From Eledone cirrhosa (taxonomy: Eukaryota): 64,000 nt of DNA. A program made the position numbers and the translations under genes. Below are positions 14,392 through 28,269 of the stretch, one piece after another. Below the pieces are notes generated by a model. That model searched no databases, was not told where the DNA came from, and saw nothing but the letters and a program-made list of their open reading frames with translations. Each line of letters opens with the position of its first letter. Positions within the stretch are counted from its first letter, which is position 1. The stretch lies in the NCBI GenBank assembly GCA_964016885.1, contig OZ024745.1, forward strand, positions 82,832,001 to 82,896,000. The letters run 5' to 3'.

Positions 14392-15419
14392 TGTTTGTGT
14401 ATCTATATATGAAGTAGTAGAGAGCGAATGAGACGGAAGAAGAGAGATTGTATCTTACATAACTCACAATCTCCCACCCCGCTAAAATTGTTTTAGAAAT
14501 ACTTAATTGTGAATGTATTAATAAAATATTAGAAGCAAAGCTATTAGCGAAGATATTTTGTGATAAGGTATTATCTTATAAGGCGCTACTGAGCAAACCT
14601 TCTAGGCTATTAGTTGACACGTTATGCAGAAGTATGATGTGTGATGTGTCTTTAAACAATACAGTTAACGAATTATTTTACAAGATATTTTCTGTGAAAT
14701 GTGAAAAGTGAAATGCACTTGACATTTTCATACCGGTTCATTTGTTAATGAAGACACCATTGGTGTTACGAGAGAAAAATTGCGCCAGTGAATACTTGAA
14801 GTATGTAGTGAAAGTGATTTCAATCTCACTAAGCGGCTTAAGTTTAATGTTAGTAATCTTGTCAGTTGTATTTAGTTTCATGAACAAAAGTCAAACTTAT
14901 AAAATTAAAAGAAACAAATAAGATTGGATATATTAATGGCATGTTGCTTAAGTCTATGAGTTAATGTAGGCATCTACCTTGATATAATAAACGGATTAGT
15001 AAGTGTGTCTTACCTAGAGCCAATCTATTGTGTACAAAACTTTCGTTTTACATATTTTTTCATAGTAAAATGAATATAGTATCCTTGAGTTTGTTTTGAC
15101 ATTCCAGGTCTACATGACATAAGCTGAACCAGCAAAGTAACTTTTATGTAGTTGCTCAACCTGCAAAAAATAGCAGCCAAATCCCTCGGATCTCACCCTT
15201 ACCATCTTAAAAAAGGGACATAATATACAACACATCCCTAGTTATCCATTAAAAAGATAGGATAATCACAGCTGCAATGGCATTTTTCTCATATGTCTGC
15301 TTATTTACAGCTAACGGGAAATATCTACATCGACATACCGATTCTAAAAGGAAATATAGGATATAACAATCATTGAGCAAGTGGTTAGTTATTGTCGTTA
15401 AAGAAAAGAATTTACTGCA

Positions 15420-15842
15420 GATAATTGTTTCTATATTTGGCACAAAGCCAGCAATTTCAAGGAAGAGAAAAGCCGATTACATCGACCCCAGTAAGACACT
15501 GGTACATTATTTTATCGACTCCCGAAAGGATGAAAGTTATCTGAACTCAGAACGTAAAGAGCCGTAACTCCATACTGCAAAACGTTGTGTGACGCTCTAC
15601 CAAGACTGCCAAACCCTAAATTTACTTAAGGTAATGGTTTCTGATTTAGGCACAAGTCCACGAATTTTGTGGAAGGGAAAAGTCGATTAAATAGAGCAGT
15701 GCGTTATTGCTACTTTATTTTATCGACCCCATAGGGATGAAGCGTAAACCTAACCTCGGCGTGATTTGAACTCAGAATGTCAAGAGGCATAGCTATACCA
15801 CACAAAACATGTTGTCCGACGGTCTACTGAGACTGCCAATTT
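15420..15842 (-). mobile_element. Two tandem degenerate SINE copies
   Basis: Two successive reverse-complement copies (ttttatcgac..cc...ggatgaa ... tgaactcagaa ... ctctac..agactgccaa) at about 15420-15612 and 15630-15842. Confidence 0.75.
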
Positions 15843-16779
15843 ACCTCTCTAAATTAACTGAAGATGAGAGGAAGAGAAAAGTACATTAAGGATAAATATT
15901 TTCATTGAATCTTTTATGAAATGTAATTTATTTATGAAAACAAAAATATACTGACTATTGATTTTATCAACCGTTTCCCAATTTAATTATTTTATTAAAT
16001 TTCACCATTTACAAAGCACCGAAACTGTTTTGTGATTGATAACAGACGCAGAATGATTAAGAATAATGATAAGAAGGTTCAGCAATAGAACACTGAAATA
16101 GCTGAGCTATGGGTTTAGTCATCGAGTATGCTTGATAAAATGCTCTAATAGTAAGGATAGCAGTTGAATTTGTTAAACTGTCATGAAACCTATCTTGTTA
16201 TTCTTTCATTATATTATTAGTTTGAGGCTTTTGAGTGAACCCCTCCTGAGGCACTACCATCTACATTTAGCCGATATCTGCTATTTATTTTATCGATCTC
16301 TAGTTTTGAAACGATTCATTTACGGGGGTATTAGCAAACATAAACAAAGACACAATGTGCATATTCAAACATAGACACAGACACAGACACACACGCACAC
16401 ATATATATATGTATGTGTGTATGTGTGCGTGTGTGTATGTGTGTGTGTATGACAGACTTCTGTATAGTTTTTTTTTACCAAATTTCACTCACAGAGTATT
16501 GGTTAATCCGAGGCTAGTGTAGAATTACCAATAGTAGAATTCAAAAGTAAAATGAAATATTGCAAATGGTTTATCAACTGCAGCTTATAGAATTCATAAT
16601 TTGGTGCTTTGAGGAAGGTGGTGGTTGCTCTCTAGCAAACAAATTCCTATGTGACCTTCAAATACAACACTTTCTTGACGCTAAACTCCACCAGTTGCAG
16701 ACTGCGCATTAACATGTGATATCTCACCACAAAGTTCGATCACGAGCAGCAGAGTTCAAAGATCAAGTCCAATTCATAA

Positions 16780-17130
16780 ATTGACATTGTTAAACCATCG
16801 TTTTGGCTGCCGGTCTCTGCTTCTCTTACCAGCCAACCTTCCTTCCAGGCATAACCTACTCACACCACGAGTTGATCTTTTTATATGGCCGGATAGTTTG
16901 AGTACTCTTGACTTGACAGCACTCATACGCATCAAATCTTATACATTTTCATATACAACTGCGAATGACAGTATGAGTATATCAGTTAAGAAAGCAACCA
17001 CTCTTACTTAGTCAAGGGAAGGGTTCCGGTCCCATAAGATGCAACTAATTTTATGGATAAATCGCTACAATATCAGAAATACGATTTCTGGCAATATGCC
17101 TCATACATTTACACCATACTGATTCCTTTA
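16780..17130 (-). mobile_element. RTE LINE 3' coding relic
   Basis: Minus translation VKSRVLKLSGHIKRS..LEGRLAGKRSRDRQPKRWFNNV matches the RTE C-terminus. Confidence 0.65.
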
Positions 17131-17659
17131 AAAGCAGACAAGTGGATTCTAGTAAGCCCCAGGAAAACAAGTTAGCTCATATAAAGATGAAAACTAAAGA
17201 GCTACAGACAGTCTATGAACACCACCACATTGACTCCACCTTTAACTTCAATGAGTTAAAATTTTACCGTTTGGTAAAATATTGGTCTGCGGCAAGTAAG
17301 TCGTTGGTATACTATTTTGTATTCATTCTTCAGCAAGGTAAACTACGACTATGTAGAAAAAAAGGTTTTCTTAATGGTTGAATGGTAACATTAAACGAAT
17401 CAGTAGTTAATATGTTATCCAATTATTTATTTTGACAAACTCAACCTGGCTCCTTTACCTCTGGAAAATATAGTTTACAGAAAGACAACAATCAATAACA
17501 ATTACAAACTATGTGTGAAACAATAATGATCCAATTATAAGATAAAATATCTAATTATATATATAATTATGAATTGGTTTGTATACTTGTTATTTTGAAC
17601 TTCTATAACAGCAAAATGTAATCAGCAGAAATTGTTATCAATATATGCCTAACATATGG

Positions 17660-17875
17660 TGGTGAAGGCGAGTTAGAGAGTGGGATTCGCAATCGGGAGG
17701 TTGCGAGTTCAATTCTCGCACCGGGTGATGCGTTGTGTCCTTGAGAAAGATACTTTATTTCACGTTGCTCTTTCTGCCCAGATTTGCGACCGGTAGATAG
17801 TATCAGCAAAGGAAATACCAATGGAAACACCGTTTCCTTGGTCCGATTTGAGGAGGTCCACTCCACTCGGCAAGT
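17660..17875 (+). mobile_element. Second tRNA-derived SINE family
   Basis: tRNA-like head gagttcaattctc followed by the gttgtgtccttgagaaagatactttatttcac central domain. Confidence 0.65.
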
Positions 17876-17884
17876 CAATTAATT

Positions 17885-18110
17885 CTGGCATCAGAACGAT
17901 ATGGTGGTGGATCAAGAGAATTTGGTAAAGCGTCAGATAAAATGTAATTGTGTAATTTGTACTGACTTTTGGATTTTTGTGTTCAAATATTACCAAGGTC
18001 AACTTTGTCTTCCATCCTTCCTGGCTTGACAGAATAAGTACTAGGTTGATTTAATCAACTTTGACATCCCCAAAATTTTCCTGACTTTGTGACTAAATCA
18101 AAAATCAATA
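17885..18110 (+). mobile_element. Degenerate SINE
   Basis: aaggtcaactttgtcttccatccttc...aataagtact core. Confidence 0.6.
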
Positions 18111-19134
18111 AATGCCTATTATATTATGTTATCAATGCTGGTGAGACGGAAGATACCTATTCACATTTCATCATGGTAACATGAACCACATGTGTTGATA
18201 TTGTAACCTGTTTATTATAGGCTGCAATTTCTCATTGACAAATGCACTAAGGCGCTGAGCTTGTTTCAAAGCCCAGCTCAAGACAAGTCTATCATCTACC
18301 CGCACAAATGTTCAAATGTTCTTAGAAAGACATGGGCGTCAATAATTCCTTTCTTCCACCTAAAAACCTAAGATCTTGTTACTTGCTTTTTGTGTTATTA
18401 AAACACACGCACAACATAATTCACGATCAGCAAATTGAGAGGGTAACCTGTTTCACATTTCTAGCATTTTGTTGTTATAACACGTGTGCATCAGAACATC
18501 AACCTCGCTAATTTTATGCCTCATAGCTCAAGGGAGGTGAAACAACAAAAAACACATTGTTAGTGAAATCCATACTCCATTATATTGATGTATTGTGTCT
18601 AAAGCATGTCACAACTCCAGTTCCTTTCAACATAATACACAAAGTATGGCATTAACGTAACTCTCTAAGCTACGGAAACAATTATCAATTTAGATGGACA
18701 CTGATATTTAAGTTGGTGGTGTGTCCTAATCATACTTCATTTATTTGATGCAAATAAACAGCGCCATTTGGGATTTGAGCACCTTCACCCCAAACAAAAT
18801 GTGACGACTGATAAAGGATTATAAAGTGGGAAAATCTGCGCTAATTAATTGGTACACTATCAACAGGGCTAGCCAAAGCAGCAGACCACTAGTCAAAATT
18901 TAATTCACTTGCTGGATGCCAATGATTAATTTGAGAATAATGTGTGTATGTATGTTCAATGAATGTGTGTATGTACATATGTAAGCGTATATGTTTGTAT
19001 GTATGTATGTATGAATGTATGTGTGCATGTGTGTGTGTGTATATATATATGTATATATGTGTGTGTATATATGTATATATATATGTTAGTAAGTATTATG
19101 CATGTTTGTATGTATGTACTATGTATGTAAGTAT

Positions 19135-19372
19135 GCACGGGGACATGGAAATACTCGGTTTGGTGTCCGAGCGTGCGGTAAGATCCCCTCCGGAAGTGAG
19201 AGGCCCCTAGTTCTTGTTACGACATTATTCTTGGAGAAGGACATTTCTGATGTAAAACCTGTGGCTCGATGACAGCCAATAATGTTGACCTGTTCTTTTT
19301 GGATACCTGTGTTCGTTGTTCAGAGAGTGGAATGAGTCCAATACAAGGCCTTTCTTCACTTAAAAAGGTTTA
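19135..19372 (+). mobile_element. RTE-type 5' UTR fragment, related to 27050-27245
   Basis: ggagaaggacatttctgatgtaaaacctg and cagagagtg...gtcc.at.caaggcctt shared with 27120-27235. Confidence 0.45.
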
Positions 19373-19552
19373 AGCACATGCATCACGCCCTCTGAGCATG
19401 CATTTTTCTTTTTTCCTTCGCTACAGTATATGCAGGAAGCAATCTAAGGTCTTAGCAGAGCTAATAAGTCATATTCGTGCCAACTCTGTGTGAGAAATTG
19501 ATCAAATCATGGCAATTTTCGAAACTGAGATGCAGTTATTATGTATATATGC

Positions 19553-19745
19553 ATGGCGGCGGATTGGCAGTATCGGTAGAGGGTCGGACGCCATGCTTTC
19601 CAGCATAGTTACGTCCCTTTACGATCTGAGTTCAAATCCCGCCGAGGTTAACTTTGCCTTTCATCCTTACGGGGTCGATAAAATAAAGTACCAGTAATGC
19701 ACTGGGATAATTGCTGGCCTTGTGCCTAAAGTAGAAACAATTATG
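19553..19745 (+). mobile_element. Young tRNA-derived SINE
   Basis: A-box-like tggcagtatcggtagag, B-box gagttcaaatccc, core actttgcctttcatccttacggggtcgataaaataaagtacca; near-identical copies at 10342, 41625 and 44078. Confidence 0.92.
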
Positions 19746-19879
19746 TATATATGCATGTATACATGTAACAAACGACCTAGCCAAACAACTAAACACTTTC
19801 ACATACATACTGAAACTGTATCCACTACTCCGATAACGTTAAGTCTCCTGAGGAAAGTATGTTTGTGGTGTTAGCCTGG

Positions 19880-20285
19880 GGGAAAACGCAATAGCCATTT
19901 GTTTCATATGTCCTTCTAGAAAGGTGAGAGAAACAGTGTTGGTGCATAGTTTCAAACCCTCGATATATGCTGAAGAACTATGGCTAGGATTCCAGAGAGC
20001 TGATGTTCTATGAAGAAAGGATAGAGAAAATCGCGTAGTATGCACTGCTGAATGTGAAACAAATGATGAATTACGAGAGGACAGGTGACTTCGCAGATGA
20101 TCTTGAATGGAGTTGGTATGTAATTATTTAGCTCAGGGGAACACATACTATTATAGCTATAGTGAACGAACGAGGTAAATGAAGAGACTGTGGACGTATG
20201 AGCTAGAAGCTGGAGTGTGTTAATGAGTGACTCCTTGTTAATTTGTCGGATAGTAAGGCAAGACAAATTCGGGTTTCCAGTTTAC
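19880..20285 (-). mobile_element. L2/CR1-group LINE 3' relic
   Basis: Minus translation ..CSPELNNYIP.. / HTTRFSLSFLHRTSALWN resembles L2/CR1/Jockey C-termini. Confidence 0.5.
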
Positions 20286-21066
20286 CTAAAACCATTCGGC
20301 TTAGACGAAATAAAACAATATTACTAATACATCAATATTAAAGCACATTACAAAGAAACAAAAACGTACTTAAATGCATTAATATCATATTAATCTAATC
20401 ACATTATATTGCATTTCGAATGTTAATAAAAGGAATTTATATGAAGGTTACACAATCTAATTAAACGTTTCAAGCTATGTTTTAATGCCTTTTTCAGATA
20501 AATCCAGTTCTATCATATTTTGAAAACTATTATGAATGTATGATTTCTGTTATGCCATCAAACAGTTAATTTCAAATTACAGAGATGCAGCGATATTTAA
20601 ACATATATATGGACATAATTAGATATATATATGGACGTATTTATATAAATATGGACATAATTCCAGATATATTTTAGACGAAATATTAAAAATAAATACT
20701 TTATTAGCAAAGTAAAGGAAAAGTCAATTAATGGAAGCTGTAATAGTTTGCAAATAGTTAGTAATCACATGACTGTTGATGTGCGTATGTACGTGATTGT
20801 GTCGAGAGAAGGGGTTTCTGTAAGTCGGTGTGTATACATGTGAATACTAGCAGGTGAATGTTTGTAAGTCAGAGAGTTTTAATATGATGATTAAAGTAAG
20901 TCAATTGAGGTATTTGAATATGATTACATACATTTATTTGAAAAGGGGTTGTAAATAGGATTAATATTTCATGTAATTAATTATATGAGGACATAAAGAG
21001 TTTCAGAATTAGACACAACACAAATGTACATGCATACATACGTGCATATACACACACACGTGCGCA

Positions 21067-21387
<321 letters not shown>

Positions 21388-22320
21388 GAATTCATTTATC
21401 ATGGCTAAACAGATAGTCGTGTTACACTGAAGTCTCACCTGCGCATATTCCATAAATACTCGTATTTTGTTGGTCTTATCCCAACTCATTCAGCCTCAAG
21501 AGAAGGCATGTAAAGACAACAAGTAATAAGACAATGAGAATACCTTCAGCATTCTCTCCACTGCGAGCATATTTCGTTTAACTGTGAGTTAAATCGTTTA
21601 CACACGCGCCAAGAAAACTATAATAGATGAATGCACTTGAACTTAACTTCCAAAATTGTAACCATGTAAAGGAGATAACTTATCAGTGCATATGAATTGC
21701 AACTCAATTTGTATTCAGCGCTATGAATAATTGTCTATGCGCATTAATCAGGCAGCAAGACTCGATTTTATATAATCCACACAATAATACATGGTGGTCC
21801 AATAAAAACACAATTTATATAGTCGTGGAAATGAAAATACGGAAAATCATAAATGAAAAAGAAAGAAAAAATGACGAAATGAAAGACGACAGAATAAAAT
21901 AAATTGCGAAATTAAAGGAAGCTGCCAAGGCAACACAACAAAGTAAGTGGTATGTCTCAATTAAGCCACGTGGACACCTGTTGCATCAGGCAATTTGTCT
22001 AGAAATATGAATGAATGAGAACTGCAGTGTTAGTAAATTTGATTGCTAAAGAAATGCACGTACGATTCCATGTACGTAAATGTACATATACATATATATA
22101 TTAATAAAAGGAATTCCAACGTTGTCTGATTTACTCGTTTTATTTACAATTCCTTTAACATTATAATGATATTATAATGAAATAGTATGGTAGAATATTA
22201 AATGTCAAATGTTAATTGAACAAGTACTTTCATGCTTTCGCAATCTTCAGGTTCCTATTCAGTGGTGACAGTCAAGTTTGCAATTTTCAACTTCGTTATA
22301 TATATATATATATATATATA

Positions 22321-22476
22321 AAACGAGGGAGTAGTGGTAAGGAACCAGATGGACCATAACGCACCAGAGTATTTAATGTAGTAGAGTGGGTAATTGGAAA
22401 ATGTATGACCCCCGACGGCAGAGCTCAAGCCGTTTCGACGGCTTGAGCTCTGCTGTCTGTGTCATACATTTTCCTA
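22321..22476. mobile_element. PLE terminal fragment with fold-back hairpin (family also at 49670-50030 and 54422-54490)
   Basis: Shared tail ggtaaggaaccagatggaccataacgcaccagagta; palindrome centred on gccgtttcgacggc; flanked by (TA)n. Confidence 0.7.
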
Positions 22477-22522
22477 TCTCTCTCTATATATTTATATATT
22501 TATATATACCACACTAATGCGG

Positions 22523-22576
22523 ACTGCCTGAAGAGGTCACAGCCAATGATGGCTGTCACTGAATATATATCGCAGT
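22523..22576 (+). ncRNA. Degenerate type I hammerhead ribozyme
   Basis: actgc-CTGAAGA-helix II (acagcca/tggctgt)-GAA[A lost]-tatata-TC-gcagt. Confidence 0.55.
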
Positions 22577-22978
22577 AATAAACGAAGCAAAATTTTAAAA
22601 AATTGTAAACATTTGACTTATTTATTTTATTTTATATATATATATTTATCAGAATAGAACCAGTTTAAAGCTAGTTAGACCAATACTCAACAGAATACTC
22701 GATACTTGCGTTAGTTGAATGTGACTATATTAATGACCTTGGACCCGACGGCAATCGAGTGTTTTATAGCTATTACCTGCGTTTGGGAGTCCTCCATTTC
22801 CCTAAGAATTTCAACGTACCTAGCGCCTCAGACACACACACATATATGTGTACAATTCATTTCCAGAATGTATACGCACACACAGGCACACAGACATATA
22901 TGTATATATGCCTGTCTGTATATATGTATGTGTGTTTGTGTGTGTATGTTTATATATATATATGTGTATGTGTATGTT

Positions 22979-23036
<58 letters not shown>

Positions 23037-23909
23037 TGTACATATATATTCTGGAAATGATTGGACTACGTCCAAATGGAATTAAATACAACGTTATGTA
23101 TAATATAATGTAGACAATGCACACACACGCGCGCACACACATGCACACACACGCACGCACGCACGCACGCACGCACGCACATATGCGCGTGTGTGGATAT
23201 ATGTATGCATGTCATATCGTTCTTAAATGCTACTGGTAACATATAACCTAGTACATATAACATATAACACATAACCTAGTCGCCGGTGACTAAACCCGCA
23301 ATCCCAACTATTTACTTGGGGAATAGGGTGATATTGAACACCCTGTGGGATGAAAAAGTGGAATGCATGTGAGTCAACGGCCCATTCAATAGTATGTGTA
23401 TACGCATGTAAATACATACATTCATATATATATATATCATAAAGTATGTCCATAGAATCATTTGATAAAATATATACACCATTTCCACTCCCAATTAGCA
23501 TAATTAACCACATAAAAAATCAATTAGACCAGGCTATAAGATTAAAAGGCTCCTATGAAGAAATATTTGATAAATAAACGACAGCAGCCTCTTCGCGGCC
23601 GACCGCAATAGAGTATTTACCCAACATTTCAACAGCACGTGGGAATCGACTAAATATACCGTCAACCATACACAATTAGGTATAAAATTAGAGTTAGAAG
23701 AAATGCGTACACTCTTACCAGGATTATGTCTCTACCCTCGGGTTTGGTTCGCGTTTTGAGATATCCTATTAAGGATAAAATATCGAGTTTCGAACTCGTC
23801 GGGAAACAAACTCATAGGACAGATAATTTTCCAAAGCGATCCCCGCCAGAAACAGATTCAAAATGGTTAAGAATCGTGACGTGTCAGTGATCAAGTTAGA
23901 AAGAATGCG

Positions 23910-23934
<25 letters not shown>

Positions 23935-23940
<6 letters not shown>

Positions 23941-24100
23941 TAACAGATTAAAGTTTAAGCAAAGAATCGCTGCTTTCACCCTTAACGGGATCTTCTGAAA
24001 TATTTGCTCTACAGTTTTATATATATATTTTTATATATATATTATCCTGATCGAGCCCTCTCCGGATTTTAGTCTTCACATTTATTATTACTTCTATATA
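23935..24100. mobile_element. Tiny fold-back remnant of the 55735-60685 PLE family terminus
   Basis: Inverted hammerhead-like segment (23950-24000) joined to the forward family tail tttgctctac...gattttagtcttca; tail also at 41872-41960. Confidence 0.7.
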
Positions 24101-24729
24101 TATATATATATATATATAAATCAGGAAAGAAGATTGACATGGTTTGCAATACAAAAAAGGTTTTTAATCTCATTGCTGACAATTGTTTCTCTGAACTGGT
24201 AGGTCTAGAGATCGCTATTCGCCTGTTTTCACGTTACTCGATCGCCAATACAAAATTATAACCAGTCAGTTCTTCGGAGCATGCGAGAATGAAGAGAATA
24301 TACAGGCATGAATGGAATATACAGGCTACTATATGAAGTAGTAATGGCATTCAGTTAGTACAATAACAACAATTACAACAATGCTAGTAATAAATTATTT
24401 GAGGAGACCCTGACATTACATTAGGTGGGAGGTATAGTGTATCTAAGATTTCGGCGTGTAAAACTAGCTGACATGAAGTATAAGTTTAGCATGTCGTAGG
24501 GTGTATTGTATCAATTTTAAAGATAAGCCGGTGTTTATCACCAATATAGGTCAGGTGGCCGTAATGTTCAGTATTTATCTGACCGACGAAGTATTTATCA
24601 TTGAGTAGAATTTGTGTGGTCTACATTAGATGAGAATACAGTCTTTCTTTTCATCTTCAATAACATACATGTATGGGACAACACTGTCAAAGCTAAATAG
24701 TGGGCGAGTTAATACAGAGGTTAAGGAGG

Positions 24730-24784
<55 letters not shown>

Positions 24785-25141
24785 TACACACACACACACA
24801 CACATATATACACACGCATGTGTACACAGACACATACATACACATCAATATACACTCGTACAAATACATACATATATGCAAAGAGATAAACATGCTGACT
24901 TTAATTATGGCAAAAGGAAGGTAAAGTTACATTGTAGTAGTGATTTGAGAAATTCTTGGGTTTAGGATCAAATGATGGCAGCAGCTAAGAAGGAATAAGT
25001 TTATGGGTTGATGAGGTACTTACAGACATTTGTGTGGTAAAGACTTGTGAAGGCTAGAGTGTACTTAATGAGTATATTTCTGTGGTGATTTATGCAGGGT
25101 AGTGGGTATCCTAGTTTAAAGCTATGTTGTGTTGGTTCGAT

Positions 25142-25560
25142 TCACGGAGGTTTGAATCTTATGAATTTAGTGGCAATTCTATGTCTGCAGAAGATAGATC
25201 TTTCTAACTTATTGTTAAGTAGCCTTTTTACATTTTTGAGGATATACATTAGTTCTAGATCACATAGGCCGCAGTGGGACATACCTGTACTATAGGTTTT
25301 AGCAACCGACAACTTAGACCAGTTAATGCTGTAGTTAGTGCTGCTGTCCTTCTGTTCCCATATTTTTTTGGCGAGGGTTGTGGAACCCATAAGTGCACGG
25401 TTTTTCATTGAGTGCCTGTGCACATACCATCTTTTTTTAAAAGAACTCGCGGTGGATCCTATGTAATTCCAGGTGGAGTTATCCGAGTTGACCGTGCACA
25501 TGTATACTAGGCTCGAATCGAGACATCTGTTCGCCATCGGTATGTGACAGTTACAGGTAT
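25142..25560 (-). pseudogene. PLE GIY-YIG endonuclease domain (5'-truncated)
   Basis: CNC..CLDSSLVYMC..NYIGSTASSFKKRWYVH..CGLC.LE..LNNKLERSIFCRH. Confidence 0.9.
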
Positions 25561-26516
25561 GTCCCACTGCGGCCTATGTGATCTAGAACTAATGTATATC
25601 CTCAAAAATGTAAAAAGGCTACTTAACAATAAGTTAGAAAGATCTATCTTCTGCAGACATAGAATTGCCACTAAATTCATAAGATTCAAACCTCCGTGAA
25701 TCGAACCAACACAACATAGCTTTAAACTAGGATACCCACTACCCTGCATAAATCACCACAGAAATATACTCATTAAGTACACTCTCGCCTTCACAAGTCT
25801 TTACCACACAAATGTCTGTAAGTACCTCATCAACCCATAAACTTATTCCTTCTCAGCTGCTGCCATCACTTGATCCTAAATCCAAGAATTTCTTTAAATC
25901 ACTACTACAATGTGACTTTACCTTCCTTTTGCCATAATTACAGTCAGCATGTTTATCTCTTTGCATATAGGTATGTATTTGTACGAGTGTATATTGATGT
26001 GTATGTATGTGTCTGTGTACACATGCGTGTGTATATATGTGTGTGTGTGTATATATGTGTATATATGTGTATATATATATATATATATATTGCCTCCTTA
26101 ACCTCTGTATTAACTCGCCCACTATTTAGCTTTGACAGTGTTGTCCCATACATGTATGTTATTGAAGATGAAAAGAAAGACTGTATTCTCATCTAATATA
26201 GACCACACACATTCTACTCGTCGGTCAGATAAATACTGAACATTACGGCCACCTGACCTATATTGGTGATAAACACCCGCTTATCTTTAAAATTGATACA
26301 ATACACCCTACGACATGCCAAACTTATACTTCTGCTTCATGTCAGCTAGTTTTACACGCCGAAATCTTAGATACACTATACCCTCCACCTAATGTAATGT
26401 CAGGGTCTCCTCAAATAATTTATTACTTTTAATTGTTGTTATTGTTCTAACTGAATGCCATTACTATTTCATATAGTAGCCTGTATATTCCATTCATGCC
26501 TGTATATTCTCTTCAT

Positions 26517-26637
26517 TCTCACATGCTCCGAAGAACTGACTGGTTATAATTTTGTATTGGCGATCGAGTAACGTGAAAACAAGCGAACAGCGATCTCTAG
26601 ACCTACCAGTTCAGAGAAACAATTGTCAGCAATGAGA
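26517..26637 (+). ncRNA. Non-canonical type I hammerhead (CCGAAGA core); inverted twin at 24168-24288
   Basis: tgct-CCGAAGA-a ctga ctggt...accag t tcag a-GAAA-caattg-TC-agca; helix I extends tctca/tgaga. Confidence 0.7.
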
Positions 26638-26858
26638 TTAAAAACCTTTCTTTGTATTGCAAACCATGTCAATCTTCTTTCCTGATTTATTATTACTCCA
26701 AGTGTTTACAACATAGGAATTACAGCATACTCGCAACATCACTACGAATACGCCTTGTTGAGTCAAACCAAGCCTAGCGTTGATATCATCCACTACCCGG
26801 AATACCATAACTGGACTACACCTAAGGGGACTGGATATAACTATTATTTGTTACCCCG

Positions 26859-26889
<31 letters not shown>

Positions 26890-26982
26890 GTTTTAATATA
26901 GATGAGATTCTACAGGACTAGAACTGTTTCATTCTTTAGAAATCATCAATGGTTACCTCCGATTCAACCCGGAATAACGTAC

Positions 26983-27021
<39 letters not shown>

Positions 27022-27539
27022 AGACAGTAACAGAACAATATTCAGGTTTGTATCTGGGATGCACGGAAGGTCCACTGGTAGTGAGAGACCTCGGATCCTC
27101 GTTGGGATATCTCTCTATAGAAGGAAACTCTGGTGTAAAACCTGCAGTTCAAGATGATGTTGTTAAGTTCATCTATTCGGATTATAGCTATTGTTGCTCA
27201 GAGAGTGTGATTGGTCCGATGCAAGGCCTTTTCTCAGTATAAGAAATCACTCGATATCACAGGAATCACTCGATATCATAGGATCTATGAATGACATAAA
27301 TGGCTGACCGTAATCATATCCGTTCGCAGTACCGAAAAGACTGAAGCTGATGTCATTTTATAGTCATACTTGATCATGAGATGGCTGCCACCATATATGT
27401 ATGCATACATATATGTATGTATGCATATATGTATGTATATATGTATGTATGCATATATGTATGTATATATATGTATGCATACATGTATGTATATATGTAT
27501 GTATGCATACATGTATGTATATATGTATGTATATATGTA

Positions 27540-27995
27540 TGTCAAAGGGCAAAGGAGCTCTTAAGAGTCAATGGCCATCCAAAATCACTGGGAGACCCCT
27601 TAGCCTTTGTCAAGGCAGAATTCTAGGAGAAGGAAAACTCTGATATAACACCTGCAACCCTGATGGTATCCAATGATGTTGACTTGTGTTTCTTTTTGGT
27701 AAAAATCATCTTGCTTAAGAGAGTGGGACTGGCTTTGTGCAGTGCCTTTGCTCACTATAAAAGCTTCACGGCACAGGCATTGCTTTATATCTGGAGATCT
27801 CTCTGCACTTGTCGTCACATGGCACCATGTGCCCAGCACTATGTGTCAATAATTGTTACAGGTATAGTGTTTGTACCAGAGTTTTCAAGTCGCTGGCTGG
27901 ACTAAAAAGTCACAGTCGTTCAGTGCATCGGTAGGGGTTCTCCCACATGGATATAAAGTAGTGGCCTTACTCGAAAACGAGTTGGCAGCCACCAT
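27540..27995 (+). mobile_element. RTE-clade LINE 5' region fragment
   Basis: Inverted homologue of 6660-7130; embedded in (TATG)n. Confidence 0.6.
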
Positions 27996-28269
27996 ATATG
28001 TATGTATGCATACATGTATGTATATATGTATGCATGCATAGATGTTGTTCTTCTGGCTTTATCATTATATTACATTTTCGACGATAGAAAGGTTTCTAAC
28101 ATTGACTGAAGACTCATTCATTGGCATTTAGACAATATCACCTAGGTAAATATGTATATATGTTTGTGTTTGTGTGCAGGTATGGTTGCTATTGTATATG
28201 AGGATCCGAATGGTTTGAGTCATATGTAATTTTACTTGTTTCTCTATCTATGTGTGTATATACCGTTAT

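Larger units (their letters stand above)
24118..26860. mobile_element. Naiad-type Penelope-like element, head-to-head inverted 3' halves
   Basis: About 1.15-kb inverted arms (24118-25290 / 25552-26690); minus arm encodes GIY-YIG; both ends in (TA)n. Confidence 0.9.

Noticed and set aside
18120-18930. Possible host exon in non-repetitive sequence
   Set aside because: No ORF or recognisable protein motif; cannot be supported
19553-19650. tRNA genes in SINE heads
   Set aside because: A/B boxes are present but there is no cloverleaf; they are continuous with the SINE body
23775-23830. Minus-strand hammerhead-like hairpin followed by GAAA
   Set aside because: No recognisable CYGANGA box; single copy
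26905-26960. Minus-strand hammerhead-like TTGATGA..GAAA-cag..ctg-TA
   Set aside because: Core mutated and helix I does not pair
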